A stretch of DNA of 43,708 bases from an uncultured Alphaproteobacteria bacterium (GCA_910585375.1 CAJUCZ010000009.1:22474-66181); one strand, 5' to 3'. Numbered from the stretch's first letter, positions 30,855 to 40,748 are shown. A program made the numbers and translations. Notes: generated from the sequence alone by a model not told the origin.

Positions 30855-30884
30855 TTGGTGATACTTAACTCACAATTCACGAGC
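30855..30884. repeat. Degenerate copy B of the tRNA-Glu 3' end (att-like scar)
   Basis: tggtgatacttaactcacaattcacgagc, compared with the real tRNA 3' end tggtgatcctaacgagactcgaactcgtg at 32837. Confidence 0.5.
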
Positions 30885-30978
30885 TATTTGTGATTTTATA
30901 ATTTCTTTTGACTTTATTAAGAATGTCATACTATATATCACATCAGTAGCGTTTTATTACAACGAGATTGAGGAAAGT

Positions 30979-31452
30979 ATGAAAAATATTCCTACCGTAT
31001 ATTTAATCTGTGGTTTTCTCGGAGCCGGAAAAACAACCTATTCTAAAAAGTTGACTCAAGAAACTGGTGCAATTCATCTAAACCCCGATGAAGTTTGTAT
31101 GTTAAGATACACTTCTGAAGAATATGAAACCAATTGGGATTTTTGTTTTGCACAAACGGTTGACTATCTTTGGCAAGAAATTGCTACTTATATCAAAAGA
31201 AATAAAGATGTTATCTTTGATATGGGTTTCTGGACTAAATTATCACGCGAACAAGCCATCAACAAAATCAAACAAATGGGCGGATATCCTATAATTTATT
31301 ATATCTACGCCCCTGATTCAGTCTTAAAACAAAGGCTGACAAAGAGAACCGGAAAAATTGCCGAACAAAATCTCTTACATTTCGATAGTATAAAAAAATC
31401 TTTTGAAGAACCTTCTCAAGAGGAAGTATTTATAACTGTTAAAAATTATTAA
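30979..31452 (+). CDS. Small P-loop NTPase/kinase (AAA_33 / zeta-toxin-like fold)
   Basis: Walker A motif GFLGAGKTT near the N-terminus. 157 aa. Confidence 0.5.
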   Translation: MKNIPTVYLICGFLGAGKTTYSKKLTQETGAIHLNPDEVCMLRYTSEEYETNWDFCFAQTVDYLWQEIATYIKRNKDVIFDMGFWTKLSREQAINKIKQMGGYPIIYYIYAPDSVLKQRLTKRTGKIAEQNLLHFDSIKKSFEEPSQEEVFITVKNY

Positions 31453-31726
31453 GTTAATAATCCTGAGACCAAACAGAATTCAAACTCTCTCAACCTATTG
31501 AAAAATAAAGAAACATCATCAAACGAGTTCGGAAGCTTCTCTTAGCTTTGCAAGGGAGAAACGACCGCGGCAAAGGTTAGTTGTTCGCACAAGTAGGAAA
31601 ACTTTTGTTTTCCGTAGCTGTGCAAAATTCTCCCAAAATGACATTTTAAAATTTACAACATTCGAACTCGCTGAAAGCCTTGCCCCACATAGCAAAACAG
31701 CACCCTAAAAAGAGCGCCGCTTGCAT

Positions 31727-31755
31727 TGGTGATGCTTAACTTAAGGTTCACGAAC
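31727..31755. repeat. Degenerate copy A of the tRNA-Glu 3' end (att-like scar)
   Basis: tggtgatgcttaacttaaggttcacgaac. It is preceded at 31624-31676 by a roughly 50-nt repeat that recurs at 32744-32786, upstream of the real tRNA end. Confidence 0.5.
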
Positions 31756-31767
31756 AATAAGCAGGCT

Positions 31768-32652
31768 TTAATGCTTGCGAATAATCTTTGCAAATTTATT
31801 TATAGCATTATTTAATTTTGAGACTATCCAAGGCCGCTTATCAATTCGCAGCTTCATCAATCGCATTACAGACAGTAAATCGTAAAAATCACTGGTCTTA
31901 TAACCTAATGTGTTTTTACCCGATTGAAAAACATTAGGTAAACTCTTGATATGCAACATAACCTGATCGGTATCTTTATATTCTAATGTAAATTCAAAAG
32001 AATCTGGCAATTTTATATCAAACAAGTGAGGATTTTTTTTATATTCTTGCAAAGCATAATTGAAATCGGTTTTTATAGCATTGATAGCGTCTTTAGGCGA
32101 TAAAAAAGAATCAACACTAAAATCTTTAACAATAGTTCCAATAATATTCGGACAAAGTTTTTTCGCTTCTGCCACTGCACCATTATCACCTGATATATAA
32201 ACGACAGGAATATGAAAATATACGGCAGTCAAAATACTAAATGTAGTTTCACCGACAACTTCTCCGTTTAAGGTTAATTTCTCAAAATTGCGAGAACTAA
32301 AGGTATGAGCTAAAGGCGATAACCCTGAGCCTCCTGCAGCGTGATAACCGTGCAACACCGCAAAGTCAAAAGGAAATAGATTAATTCCTTTCATCATATT
32401 AGTCGGATCTTTATCCCAATAATCAATAACCTCCACATTAGATGAAAACTGATTTTTTAAAATATTTTTAGCACTTCCGTGTCCATCCCTAATCATAATT
32501 TTATCTTGCTGAAATAAACACTCCGCCATAGCTTTAAGCTCATTTGTTTGAATTTTTTGAAACTTTTTGTAATCAGGACCGACTTTACGCACATCAGACC
32601 ATTCTCTTGTCTGTGCAATACCCTCCATATCGCTTGAAATATATATATTCAT
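31768..32652 (-). CDS. Peptidase M55 (D-aminopeptidase DppA)-like protein
   Basis: The N-terminus MNIYISSDMEGIA resembles the conserved start of the DppA/M55 family (..YIS.D.EG..). 294 aa. Confidence 0.4.
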   Translation of the reverse strand: MNIYISSDMEGIAQTREWSDVRKVGPDYKKFQKIQTNELKAMAECLFQQDKIMIRDGHGSAKNILKNQFSSNVEVIDYWDKDPTNMMKGINLFPFDFAVLHGYHAAGGSGLSPLAHTFSSRNFEKLTLNGEVVGETTFSILTAVYFHIPVVYISGDNGAVAEAKKLCPNIIGTIVKDFSVDSFLSPKDAINAIKTDFNYALQEYKKNPHLFDIKLPDSFEFTLEYKDTDQVMLHIKSLPNVFQSGKNTLGYKTSDFYDLLSVMRLMKLRIDKRPWIVSKLNNAINKFAKIIRKH

Positions 32653-32836
32653 ACTAACTCCTTTTTGCAGATAATAGCAAAAATTATAAAAGATTTGATA
32701 AACTGCTCCTAGTTTTATTACAAACGAGTTCGTAAAATTCTCCCAAAATGCGCTTTTGAAATTTACAACATTCGAACTCGGTTAAGTACTTGATTTATAA
32801 AAGAAAAACGGCAGTTTTTATACCTGCCGTTTGTAT

Positions 32837-32912
32837 TGGTGATCCTAACGAGACTCGAACTCGTGTTTTCGCCGTGAGAGGGCGACGTCCTAGGCCGCTA
32901 GACGATAGGACC
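32837..32912 (-). tRNA. tRNA-Glu (anticodon CTC)
   Basis: The minus strand reads GGTCCTATCGTCTAGCGGCCTAGGACGTCGCCCTCTCACGGCGAAAACACGAGTTCGAGTCTCGTTAGGATCACCA. It has a Glu-type D arm (TCGTCTAG.GGCCTAGGAC), anticodon loop CUCUCAC and an encoded CCA. A terminator hairpin (acggcag...ctgccgt then TTTT) follows on the minus strand. Confidence 0.85.
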
Positions 32913-32982
32913 ACTGGTTAACAAACCGATTTATAAAGTAAAACCGGCAATTTTGCAAGCACTTTTTCAAATATTTTCAAAA

Positions 32983-33336
32983 TTATTTCAGGGCGGCTTC
33001 TTCCCAGTTTTTCAACCCGATTTTCTGCCAGTCAATCGGAATATTTTCGACCATCTGCATTTCGGCCATATAACTGTCTTTAATATTTTCCAACAAAGTT
33101 TCCACAATCACCACAGCCTTAGCTTTCCGCAATTTGTCCCGCACATCCGGATGAATATAATCTAAAATAATCTTTTGCTCGGAATTGCGCAAAAATATAG
33201 CATGATCCTTGCCATCATAAATAATTTTCGGCATTTTCGGATGATTTTTCTTGGCAGTCAGAAAAATATAAATTTCCCCTTCCTCTCCTTCGGCAATACA
33301 AAATGCATTTTCTGTAGCGTATCCTGCCATTTTCAA
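32983..33336 (-). CDS. Hypothetical protein (117 aa)
   Basis: The ORF starts 6 nt downstream of the preceding ORF in the same operon. Confidence 0.35.
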   Translation of the reverse strand: MKMAGYATENAFCIAEGEEGEIYIFLTAKKNHPKMPKIIYDGKDHAIFLRNSEQKIILDYIHPDVRDKLRKAKAVVIVETLLENIKDSYMAEMQMVENIPIDWQKIGLKNWEEAALK

Positions 33337-33342
33337 TCCCGA

Positions 33343-33711
33343 TTAACGGCCTCTCTGCATATTCTTCAAAGCAGCGGCATTAGCATAAACCTGCTTCATC
33401 TCGCCATCTTCATTTCCGACTTCAACCGTAAAAGGAACATCCTTTTCTGCAATCGGAGCATCATTTGCCGGCAAATCATAAGCCCCTGGAACTTTTTTGG
33501 CCAAAAGCTTGCCCAACCCGACGACCACACCGCCAACCATCACCATTCCGGCAACAGACGATTTTGTTTTAGCATCAGCGGCCCATTCGCGTTTTGCCAA
33601 ATCAGCTTCCGGATCTTTCAAAATATCATCAGCCTGTTTGGCATACTCGGTATTCAAAGCCAACGCACCGCACAAAGTGCTGCCGACCAAAATTTTATTT
33701 TTTAATTCCAT
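33343..33711 (-). CDS. Small secreted or membrane protein with a glycine-zipper segment
   Basis: Signal-peptide-like N-terminus, then SSVAGMVMVGGVVVGLGKLL, which is a GxxxG/glycine-zipper like those in Rickettsia 17-kDa-antigen-type lipoproteins. Confidence 0.35.
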   Translation of the reverse strand: MELKNKILVGSTLCGALALNTEYAKQADDILKDPEADLAKREWAADAKTKSSVAGMVMVGGVVVGLGKLLAKKVPGAYDLPANDAPIAEKDVPFTVEVGNEDGEMKQVYANAAALKNMQRGR

Positions 33712-33791
33712 AATTTATCTCCTTTACCGAATAATACGCTTTAAAATTTTTACAGCAAAAACAATTAATATCTTGTTAACAACAAATTATG

Positions 33792-35888
33792 CTACCGGCC
33801 GCCCCGCTTTCTTGCTTTATCCCAGTTATTTTGCTGTGTTTTCTGCTTTCCCGCACCGTCCGGACGGACATAAACCGGCGCACCGACATCAACGGCTGAA
33901 GCATCACGATATCCGTAATCTCTCAAAGTTCTGACAATATTCTTTAATTTACTGGAAGCGGTGCTGACATTATCTTTAACCGCTGTATCAAAACTCTGGC
34001 CGGATTTCCCTCTGGTATCTTCCTCAAGCCTTTCTGCCGCTTTTTTAACATTTTCAGCTTTCATGATTTCATACAACTGAACCAATTGGTCGCAGCTAAG
34101 ATCTTTAAACTTCGTCTTATCCCATTTAGCCAACGGAAAAGTCTGAGCAAAAGCCTTCTGTTCCTCGGCCAGATTAAGCCTGCCGTCCTCCACAAAATCC
34201 CGCAACGACTTGTCTTTATATTCATTAAAATACAAAGAAAGCTCGCCGGCCGTATCCATGGCACCGATAACGTCTTCGGCTCTTGCTCGCTTATCCTTGC
34301 TGCCCTCGGAAATTGTCTTAATATCATCCTGAATCTTATCAAAAGCATCGGCAAACGGTTTATAAGTCACTTCATTCGCCAGTTTCTCCGCCTGTTTTTT
34401 CAGAGGATTTTGATTATTGAAATTATTTTCTTCCATCATCTGGGTCATCAAAGTTTCAGACAAACCTTTTTTAAACTCCAACAAATCGGTATCAGACAGA
34501 TTGTCTCTGGCAATTTTAAGAGCTTTCATCACATCATCTTCGTTCCATTTGATATCTTTTGTGACAATGCCGTTCTCTGCCTCACATTCCAGAATAACGC
34601 CGCGAACACCTTTGTTATCCTTGTCTTCCATCGGCTTTTCGCTTTTTTGAACCTGTTTGCGTAATTTATTGGCCATTCGTCTTTTATAACCGGCTAAATC
34701 AACCAACTTGTTGTCAGCAGCTGCGGCCAACATACCGCGGGCATGTTTTTCACCCAGATTAAAAGTCGGCAAAACACCGGCCTGACCGCAGGCTTTTCTG
34801 AAAGTACCTTTGTCTTGATCTGTCAGATTACCGAATTCAATAGTCAAATATCCCTGCGCCTTCATCATGCTGACAATCTCATCTGCATATTTTCCTGGAA
34901 TTTCCTTGTCTGCAGGTAAAGCATATTTCATACGCAACGTACCATTATCATTCTTAAACTTCAAATCAATTTCATAATTAGACTTAAAAGACTTAGTCTT
35001 GTCATCCCATAAACCGTCTGACGCACGTTGATCGGGAGAAGCATAAATCCGGTAATGCAGCCAGCCCCCCCATGTATGCGTCTTAAAATAACAGGAATCT
35101 TTCTTCTTGGCTGAACGGACTTCCATAAATGTCTTCATATTTTTTTCAATCTTACTCAAATCAGGCCCGTCTTTCTTATCTTCTTTTCCTGCCTCAGCCG
35201 TTTTCACGGCCTGCTCTTTTTCAGCCTGAATTTTTTCCACTTCATTACGGACAAACTCACTCTGCTGCTCCGGCGGAAGTTTTACGGCCTCGGCGGCAAT
35301 CCGTTCTGCGGCAGCCTTGCTGCGACTGACTTCCTCGTCAACTTCAGCTTGCTCTTTTTTATCTTCCGCACTGTTGCCATACCCTAAAACAGCATGATTT
35401 TCTTCATTATGATAAGCCTGTTGAAACTTATTTTTAAATTCCTCTTCTATATTTGCCGGAAAGGAAATATCAGAAATATTGTTCATCCAGCAAAATTTGG
35501 CTAAATCCCTATACTTGTCTTCCGTCATATTCTCAGAATTTTTCAATACCAATTGACCGTTTGAAACCGCCATTGACAAGTCAGAAGGCTTCATATGATC
35601 AACTACCAGATAAAGCAAATCTTCACCGCTCGGCAGTTTTTTCTTTTCAAAATGAGAACTTTCCGCCTCAAAAGAAGAATCAAAACGGTCTTTAAAAGTA
35701 TAAAGGCGGGCAAAATCCTTCATAAAATCGGCTTTTTTATCTGCGGCAATATTTTCAACTCCTAATTCTGCCGGAATTTTGTCAGCTACACTTTCCGGAG
35801 AAAACTCGTACTCACCGTTGAAATCATTTTCTCTGCTGCTTTTGAAATTAATTGCCCGAACCATTTTTGCCTCTCTGTCAGTCATCAA
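33792..35888 (-). CDS. Large hypothetical protein (698 aa), rich in charged residues, with no recognisable domain
   Basis: Long uninterrupted ORF. An AT-rich promoter region lies upstream. No transmembrane segment or signal peptide. Confidence 0.45.
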   Translation of the reverse strand: MMTDREAKMVRAINFKSSRENDFNGEYEFSPESVADKIPAELGVENIAADKKADFMKDFARLYTFKDRFDSSFEAESSHFEKKKLPSGEDLLYLVVDHMKPSDLSMAVSNGQLVLKNSENMTEDKYRDLAKFCWMNNISDISFPANIEEEFKNKFQQAYHNEENHAVLGYGNSAEDKKEQAEVDEEVSRSKAAAERIAAEAVKLPPEQQSEFVRNEVEKIQAEKEQAVKTAEAGKEDKKDGPDLSKIEKNMKTFMEVRSAKKKDSCYFKTHTWGGWLHYRIYASPDQRASDGLWDDKTKSFKSNYEIDLKFKNDNGTLRMKYALPADKEIPGKYADEIVSMMKAQGYLTIEFGNLTDQDKGTFRKACGQAGVLPTFNLGEKHARGMLAAAADNKLVDLAGYKRRMANKLRKQVQKSEKPMEDKDNKGVRGVILECEAENGIVTKDIKWNEDDVMKALKIARDNLSDTDLLEFKKGLSETLMTQMMEENNFNNQNPLKKQAEKLANEVTYKPFADAFDKIQDDIKTISEGSKDKRARAEDVIGAMDTAGELSLYFNEYKDKSLRDFVEDGRLNLAEEQKAFAQTFPLAKWDKTKFKDLSCDQLVQLYEIMKAENVKKAAERLEEDTRGKSGQSFDTAVKDNVSTASSKLKNIVRTLRDYGYRDASAVDVGAPVYVRPDGAGKQKTQQNNWDKARKRGGR

Positions 35889-36121
35889 ATTATTGCTTTC
35901 ATCATAGCACAGTCAATATCGAAACGCAATAACTTTTGACAAAAATATTCATAAAAAAAAACATATTATTCTATTAAATATTTTTATTGATGTTTGAAAC
36001 CTCAAGTTTTTATCCTAAAATATCTACAATAACAATACTTTCCCAAAATAAATATTGACAAAACATAAAAAAGACATAAAATAAAAAAATATTATTTATT
36101 AAACTTTTATGTATATAAAAC

Positions 36122-36574
36122 ATGTTAAGAGAAAAAATGAAAGAAAGATTTAAGATTTTCGGTTGTGTTATAAGCCTTATTATCAAAGACAATAAAGTTC
36201 TGATGATTTTAAGAAAAAACAAACCGGACTCTGGATATTATAATCTGGTCGGCGGCCGCATGGAAGAAGGAGAAACCGTTCCTCAGGCTATAATACGTGA
36301 GATTCAAGAAGAAACCGGCTTAAATGTAAATAAAGAAGACATAAGTGTAGTTTCAACATTACATCGCCTTTGTGATAACGGAAACTATAATTCTATTGAA
36401 TTTGTTACGCTTATCAAAAATTTTACAGGTATGCCACAAAATCTTGAACCCCAATTCTGCGAAAAATTGGCATGGATTGATATCAACAATATGCCGGAAA
36501 ATATTTCACCATATGCCCGTACTGCAATTGAAAATTATAAAAATAAAATAGTATTTTCCGAAATTGATTACTAA
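36122..36574 (+). CDS. NUDIX hydrolase
   Basis: Nudix box GGRMEEGETVPQAIIREIQEETGL (GX5EX7REUXEEXGU). Confidence 0.75.
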   Translation: MLREKMKERFKIFGCVISLIIKDNKVLMILRKNKPDSGYYNLVGGRMEEGETVPQAIIREIQEETGLNVNKEDISVVSTLHRLCDNGNYNSIEFVTLIKNFTGMPQNLEPQFCEKLAWIDINNMPENISPYARTAIENYKNKIVFSEIDY

Positions 36575-36584
36575 AATCTAACAA

Positions 36585-36610
36585 AAGGCACCTTTGAAAA
36601 GGTGCCTTTT
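36585..36610 (+). terminator. Intrinsic terminator after the NUDIX gene
   Basis: ggcaccttt-gaaa-aggtgcc followed by TTTT. Confidence 0.6.
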
Positions 36611-36630
36611 GCCTGTAAAAACTCGTTTTT

Positions 36631-36790
36631 CAAAAAGTTTGATAAGAACCTGTGCTACGCTGTTTTTTTCGATGACATGCACAAAAAGGCACACGAGAAT
36701 TTTGAAACACAAACCTGACTGATAAAAACCCAGAAAGCGTCCTTTCAGGCCGCTGTAAAAACGCGGAGAAGCGCTAAGTAAAAACAACTG
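36631..36790. repeat. Noncoding paralogous repeat unit 1 (about 150 bp)
   Basis: About 80% identical to 36987-37150. It begins caaaaagtttgataa and contains cacgagaattttgaaac and ctgactgataaaaac.cagaaagcgtcc.ttcaggccgctgtaaaaa. Confidence 0.7.
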
Positions 36791-36986
36791 CGCTCCGGTT
36801 GTTTTTGTCTGCAAGCTCTTTGGAACATCTTGGCAAGCAAGGAAAGCATGAGCAACCGCAGCGAGCCTGGATGCCTAAGTCAGATAATAAGAAAAAATCT
36901 TTAAGATGACAAGCGCGTACATAGACGTACGTAACTTAGCCTTAAAGATTTTTTCTGTATTAATAGACCATTATACGCGTTTTTAC

Positions 36987-37150
36987 CAAAAAGTTTGATA
37001 AAGGTCGGTGCTGCGCCGTTTTTTTTTCGACGACGTGTACATATAGCTACACGAGAATTTTGAAACGCAAAACTGACTGATAAAAACGCAGAAAGCGTCC
37101 GTTCAGGCCGCTGTAAAAAATGTGGAGAACGAGAGAAATAATAAGATTTT
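36987..37150. repeat. Noncoding paralogous repeat unit 2
   Basis: See unit 1. Each unit is followed by a hairpin whose loop contains GTACATAGA (36886-36952 and 37157-37205). Confidence 0.7.
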
Positions 37151-37237
37151 AGGGTGGAGAAAGCGGAGTGTACATAGAAGTACATGAGCATTTCTCCAAC
37201 CCGCTAAATCTGTATTAGTTCTCCGTTATACACATTT

Positions 37238-38449
37238 TTACTTTTGGAGGACTACAACGCCCGGCAACTCCTTCCCCTCCATCCACTCCAGAAAAGCACC
37301 GCCGGCAGTGGATATGTAAGAGAACTTGCTGGCAACACCTGCATTTTCAAGAGCCGAAACCGTATCACCGCCGCCGGCAACCGTCAGCAAACGCCCTTCC
37401 TGCGTCAATACGGCAGCACGTTCAGCCACTTTATTGGTCGCAGTATCAAACGGTTTAAGCTCAAATACGCCGAGCGGACCGTTCCAAACCAGAGTTTTGC
37501 ATTCTTCCAGCTTTTTATTGATAGATTCGATTGTCTTGGCACCGACATCCATCAAAATCCAACCTTCAGCGGGAATATGTTCCAAATCCACGGTTTTATG
37601 TTCGGCATCAGCCTTAAATTCTTTAGAAACAACCACATCCAGCGGCAAAATAATTTCGCAGTTATTCTCCTTGGCCGTCTTCATGATCTCTTTGGCTGTG
37701 TCAATCATATCCATCTGAACCAAAGAATTGACCTCGTTCACAGTATCAATACCGCTGGCTTTCATAAAGGTATGAGCCATACCGCCGGAAATCACAAGCT
37801 TGTCAACTTTCTTAACCAGATTGTTCAGCAAATCAAGCTTGGTCGACACCTTGGAACCGCCGACAATAGCCATCAACGGACGCTGCGGATTGTTAAGTCC
37901 CTTCGACAAAGCATTAACCTCTTCTGCCATCAGCAAACCCATTGCAGCCGGACGCAGTTTTGCCGCGGCAACCATGGAAGCATGCGCACGGTGAGCGGTA
38001 GAGAAAGCATCGGAAACATAAACGTCAACCGGTTTAACCAGTTCTTCGGCAAATTTCTCGTCACCTTTCTTTTCTTCATTATAAAAGCGCAGATTTTCCA
38101 GCAACAGAATTTGATCATTGCGCAAAGACTTAACGGCTTCTTCAACTTTCGGCCCGATGCAATCGTCAACAAAAACCACATGCTTGCCCAGCGCTTTCTC
38201 CAAATCTTTGACAATATGGCTGAGAGAATTCTTCATGTCGCCCTTGCCTTCCGGACGGCCGAAGTGAGAAACCACCACAACTTTGGCACCTTTGTCCATC
38301 AAAAGTTTAATGGTCGGAACGGTACGGTCAATACGGGCTGTGTTGGTCACATGAAAATTCTCATCCATCGGCACATTCAAATCGGCGCGCAACATAACGA
38401 CTTTTCCGTTCAAATCACCCAAATCTTCAATCATTTTATATTCAGTCAT
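37238..38449 (-). CDS. pgk: Phosphoglycerate kinase
   Basis: The N-terminal LRADLNVP region and overall PGK architecture (403 aa). The equal-length plus-strand ORF is a mirror artefact. Confidence 0.8.
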   Translation of the reverse strand: MTEYKMIEDLGDLNGKVVMLRADLNVPMDENFHVTNTARIDRTVPTIKLLMDKGAKVVVVSHFGRPEGKGDMKNSLSHIVKDLEKALGKHVVFVDDCIGPKVEEAVKSLRNDQILLLENLRFYNEEKKGDEKFAEELVKPVDVYVSDAFSTAHRAHASMVAAAKLRPAAMGLLMAEEVNALSKGLNNPQRPLMAIVGGSKVSTKLDLLNNLVKKVDKLVISGGMAHTFMKASGIDTVNEVNSLVQMDMIDTAKEIMKTAKENNCEIILPLDVVVSKEFKADAEHKTVDLEHIPAEGWILMDVGAKTIESINKKLEECKTLVWNGPLGVFELKPFDTATNKVAERAAVLTQEGRLLTVAGGGDTVSALENAGVASKFSYISTAGGAFLEWMEGKELPGVVVLQK

Positions 38450-38477
38450 TTATAAATTCCTTATCTGAAAAAAAAAA

Positions 38478-38546
38478 TTCCCCGCCTGTCCACAGCATCG
38501 GCAGTCCATATGCGATGAACCGCCTGTGCGCCGGAAAAGCGGGGAA
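38478..38546 (-). terminator. Large stem-loop plus U9 between gap and pgk (intra-operon terminator or attenuator)
   Basis: ttccccgc (38478-38485) pairs with gcggggaa (38539-38546) around a loop of about 55 nt. On the minus strand it is followed by TTTTTTTTT. Confidence 0.4.
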
Positions 38547-38553
38547 ACTAAAA

Positions 38554-39615
<1,062 letters not shown>

Positions 39616-39705
39616 TTAATTCGGTGCTAATTTATCACCAAATACGATTTTTTCAAGTTTTTTTTGCCGTTGTTTACAAACTCCGGATTTTCTGATTACA
39701 ACAAC

Positions 39706-40275
39706 TTAATACTTTGCCAGATGGTCAAGAAAAGCCTCGGCAAAATCCGGACGTCTGTTCTGATAATCCAGATAATAAGCATGCTCCCACACGTCAAGCG
39801 TAATCAGCGGCTTCTGCCCGCGGGCAACCGGCGTATCGGCATTTGAAGTCTTAACCACTTTCAGCTTACCGTCCGTATCTTCGACCAGCCAGGCCCAGCC
39901 GCTGCCGAATTGTGAAGTTGCGGCATTTTTAAACTCTTCGCGGAATTTTTCATAAGAACCGAAATCGCGTTCGATTTTCGCCAGCAGTTCGCCTTCCGGC
40001 TTGCCTCCGCCGTTTTTCTTCATCGAATGCCAGAAGAAATTATGATTCCATGCCTGCGCCGCATTGTTAAAGACCGGCGTATACTCGGGCTTGTTATAAG
40101 TTTCTTTCACCACCCGTTCCAGCGGCATATTCTCAAACTCGGTCCCTTTGACCAGCTTGTTCAGGTTATCTACATAAGCCTTATGATGCTTGCCGTAATG
40201 ATATTCCATTGTTGTTTCGGAAATATACGGTTCCAGCGCATTCATCTCATAAGGCAGAGCCGGTAAATCAAACAT
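39706..40275 (-). CDS. sodB: Fe/Mn superoxide dismutase
   Basis: The N-terminal YHYGKHH motif and the C-terminal DVWEHAYY metal-ligand motif. Confidence 0.8.
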   Translation of the reverse strand: MFDLPALPYEMNALEPYISETTMEYHYGKHHKAYVDNLNKLVKGTEFENMPLERVVKETYNKPEYTPVFNNAAQAWNHNFFWHSMKKNGGGKPEGELLAKIERDFGSYEKFREEFKNAATSQFGSGWAWLVEDTDGKLKVVKTSNADTPVARGQKPLITLDVWEHAYYLDYQNRRPDFAEAFLDHLAKY

Positions 40276-40316
40276 TGTTTTCTCCTTTTTATATTATTGC
40301 CGTTATCCGGCCGAAA

Positions 40317-40748
40317 CTAATTTTGTGCCCCGGCCTCATGCTTCTTTATATAGGTATTGGTTCCGACTTCATCAAGCATTTTCTGTTCTTTATCGTTTTC
40401 TTCTTTAATTTCGCGTTTGCGGCGGTTGTCGTCCACAATCTCATAAGTCTTTTGTTCCTTAAACATATCGGCAATCCTGTCCCGCACTTCTTCAATAGCC
40501 TGCTGCATTTTGTCGATTGCAGTCTCCAGCGCCTCTTTTTTTTCAAGATAACGTTTGACGAAGGCGCCGAAATTTCCCAGTCCGGGATGCTGTACGGCAT
40601 AAGCTTTCTCTGCCTCATAATTCTGATTCAAACGCGCAAATTCCACCTTAAGCTGATCCTGCTTGGTCTGCAAATCAACCAAAATCTTGCGCTGCTCGTC
40701 AATATTAAATTTTTGAATCCGCTGCAATGTCTTTAGAGAGTTTTTCAT
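40317..40748 (-). CDS. fliJ: Flagellar export chaperone FliJ-like coiled-coil protein
   Basis: 143-aa charged coiled-coil protein immediately downstream of fliI. Confidence 0.5.
   Translation of the reverse strand: MKNSLKTLQRIQKFNIDEQRKILVDLQTKQDQLKVEFARLNQNYEAEKAYAVQHPGLGNFGAFVKRYLEKKEALETAIDKMQQAIEEVRDRIADMFKEQKTYEIVDDNRRKREIKEENDKEQKMLDEVGTNTYIKKHEAGAQN

Noticed and set aside
36578-37191. Minus-strand ORFs of 78 and 96 aa inside the noncoding repeat region
   Set aside because: They coincide with the paralogous noncoding units. The two copies do not conserve a reading frame.
37244-38455. 403-aa plus-strand ORF, equal in length to pgk
   Set aside because: It is the mirror-frame artefact of the minus-strand PGK gene. 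The minus-strand product has the PGK motifs. The plus-strand product is low-complexity and has no homolog pattern.
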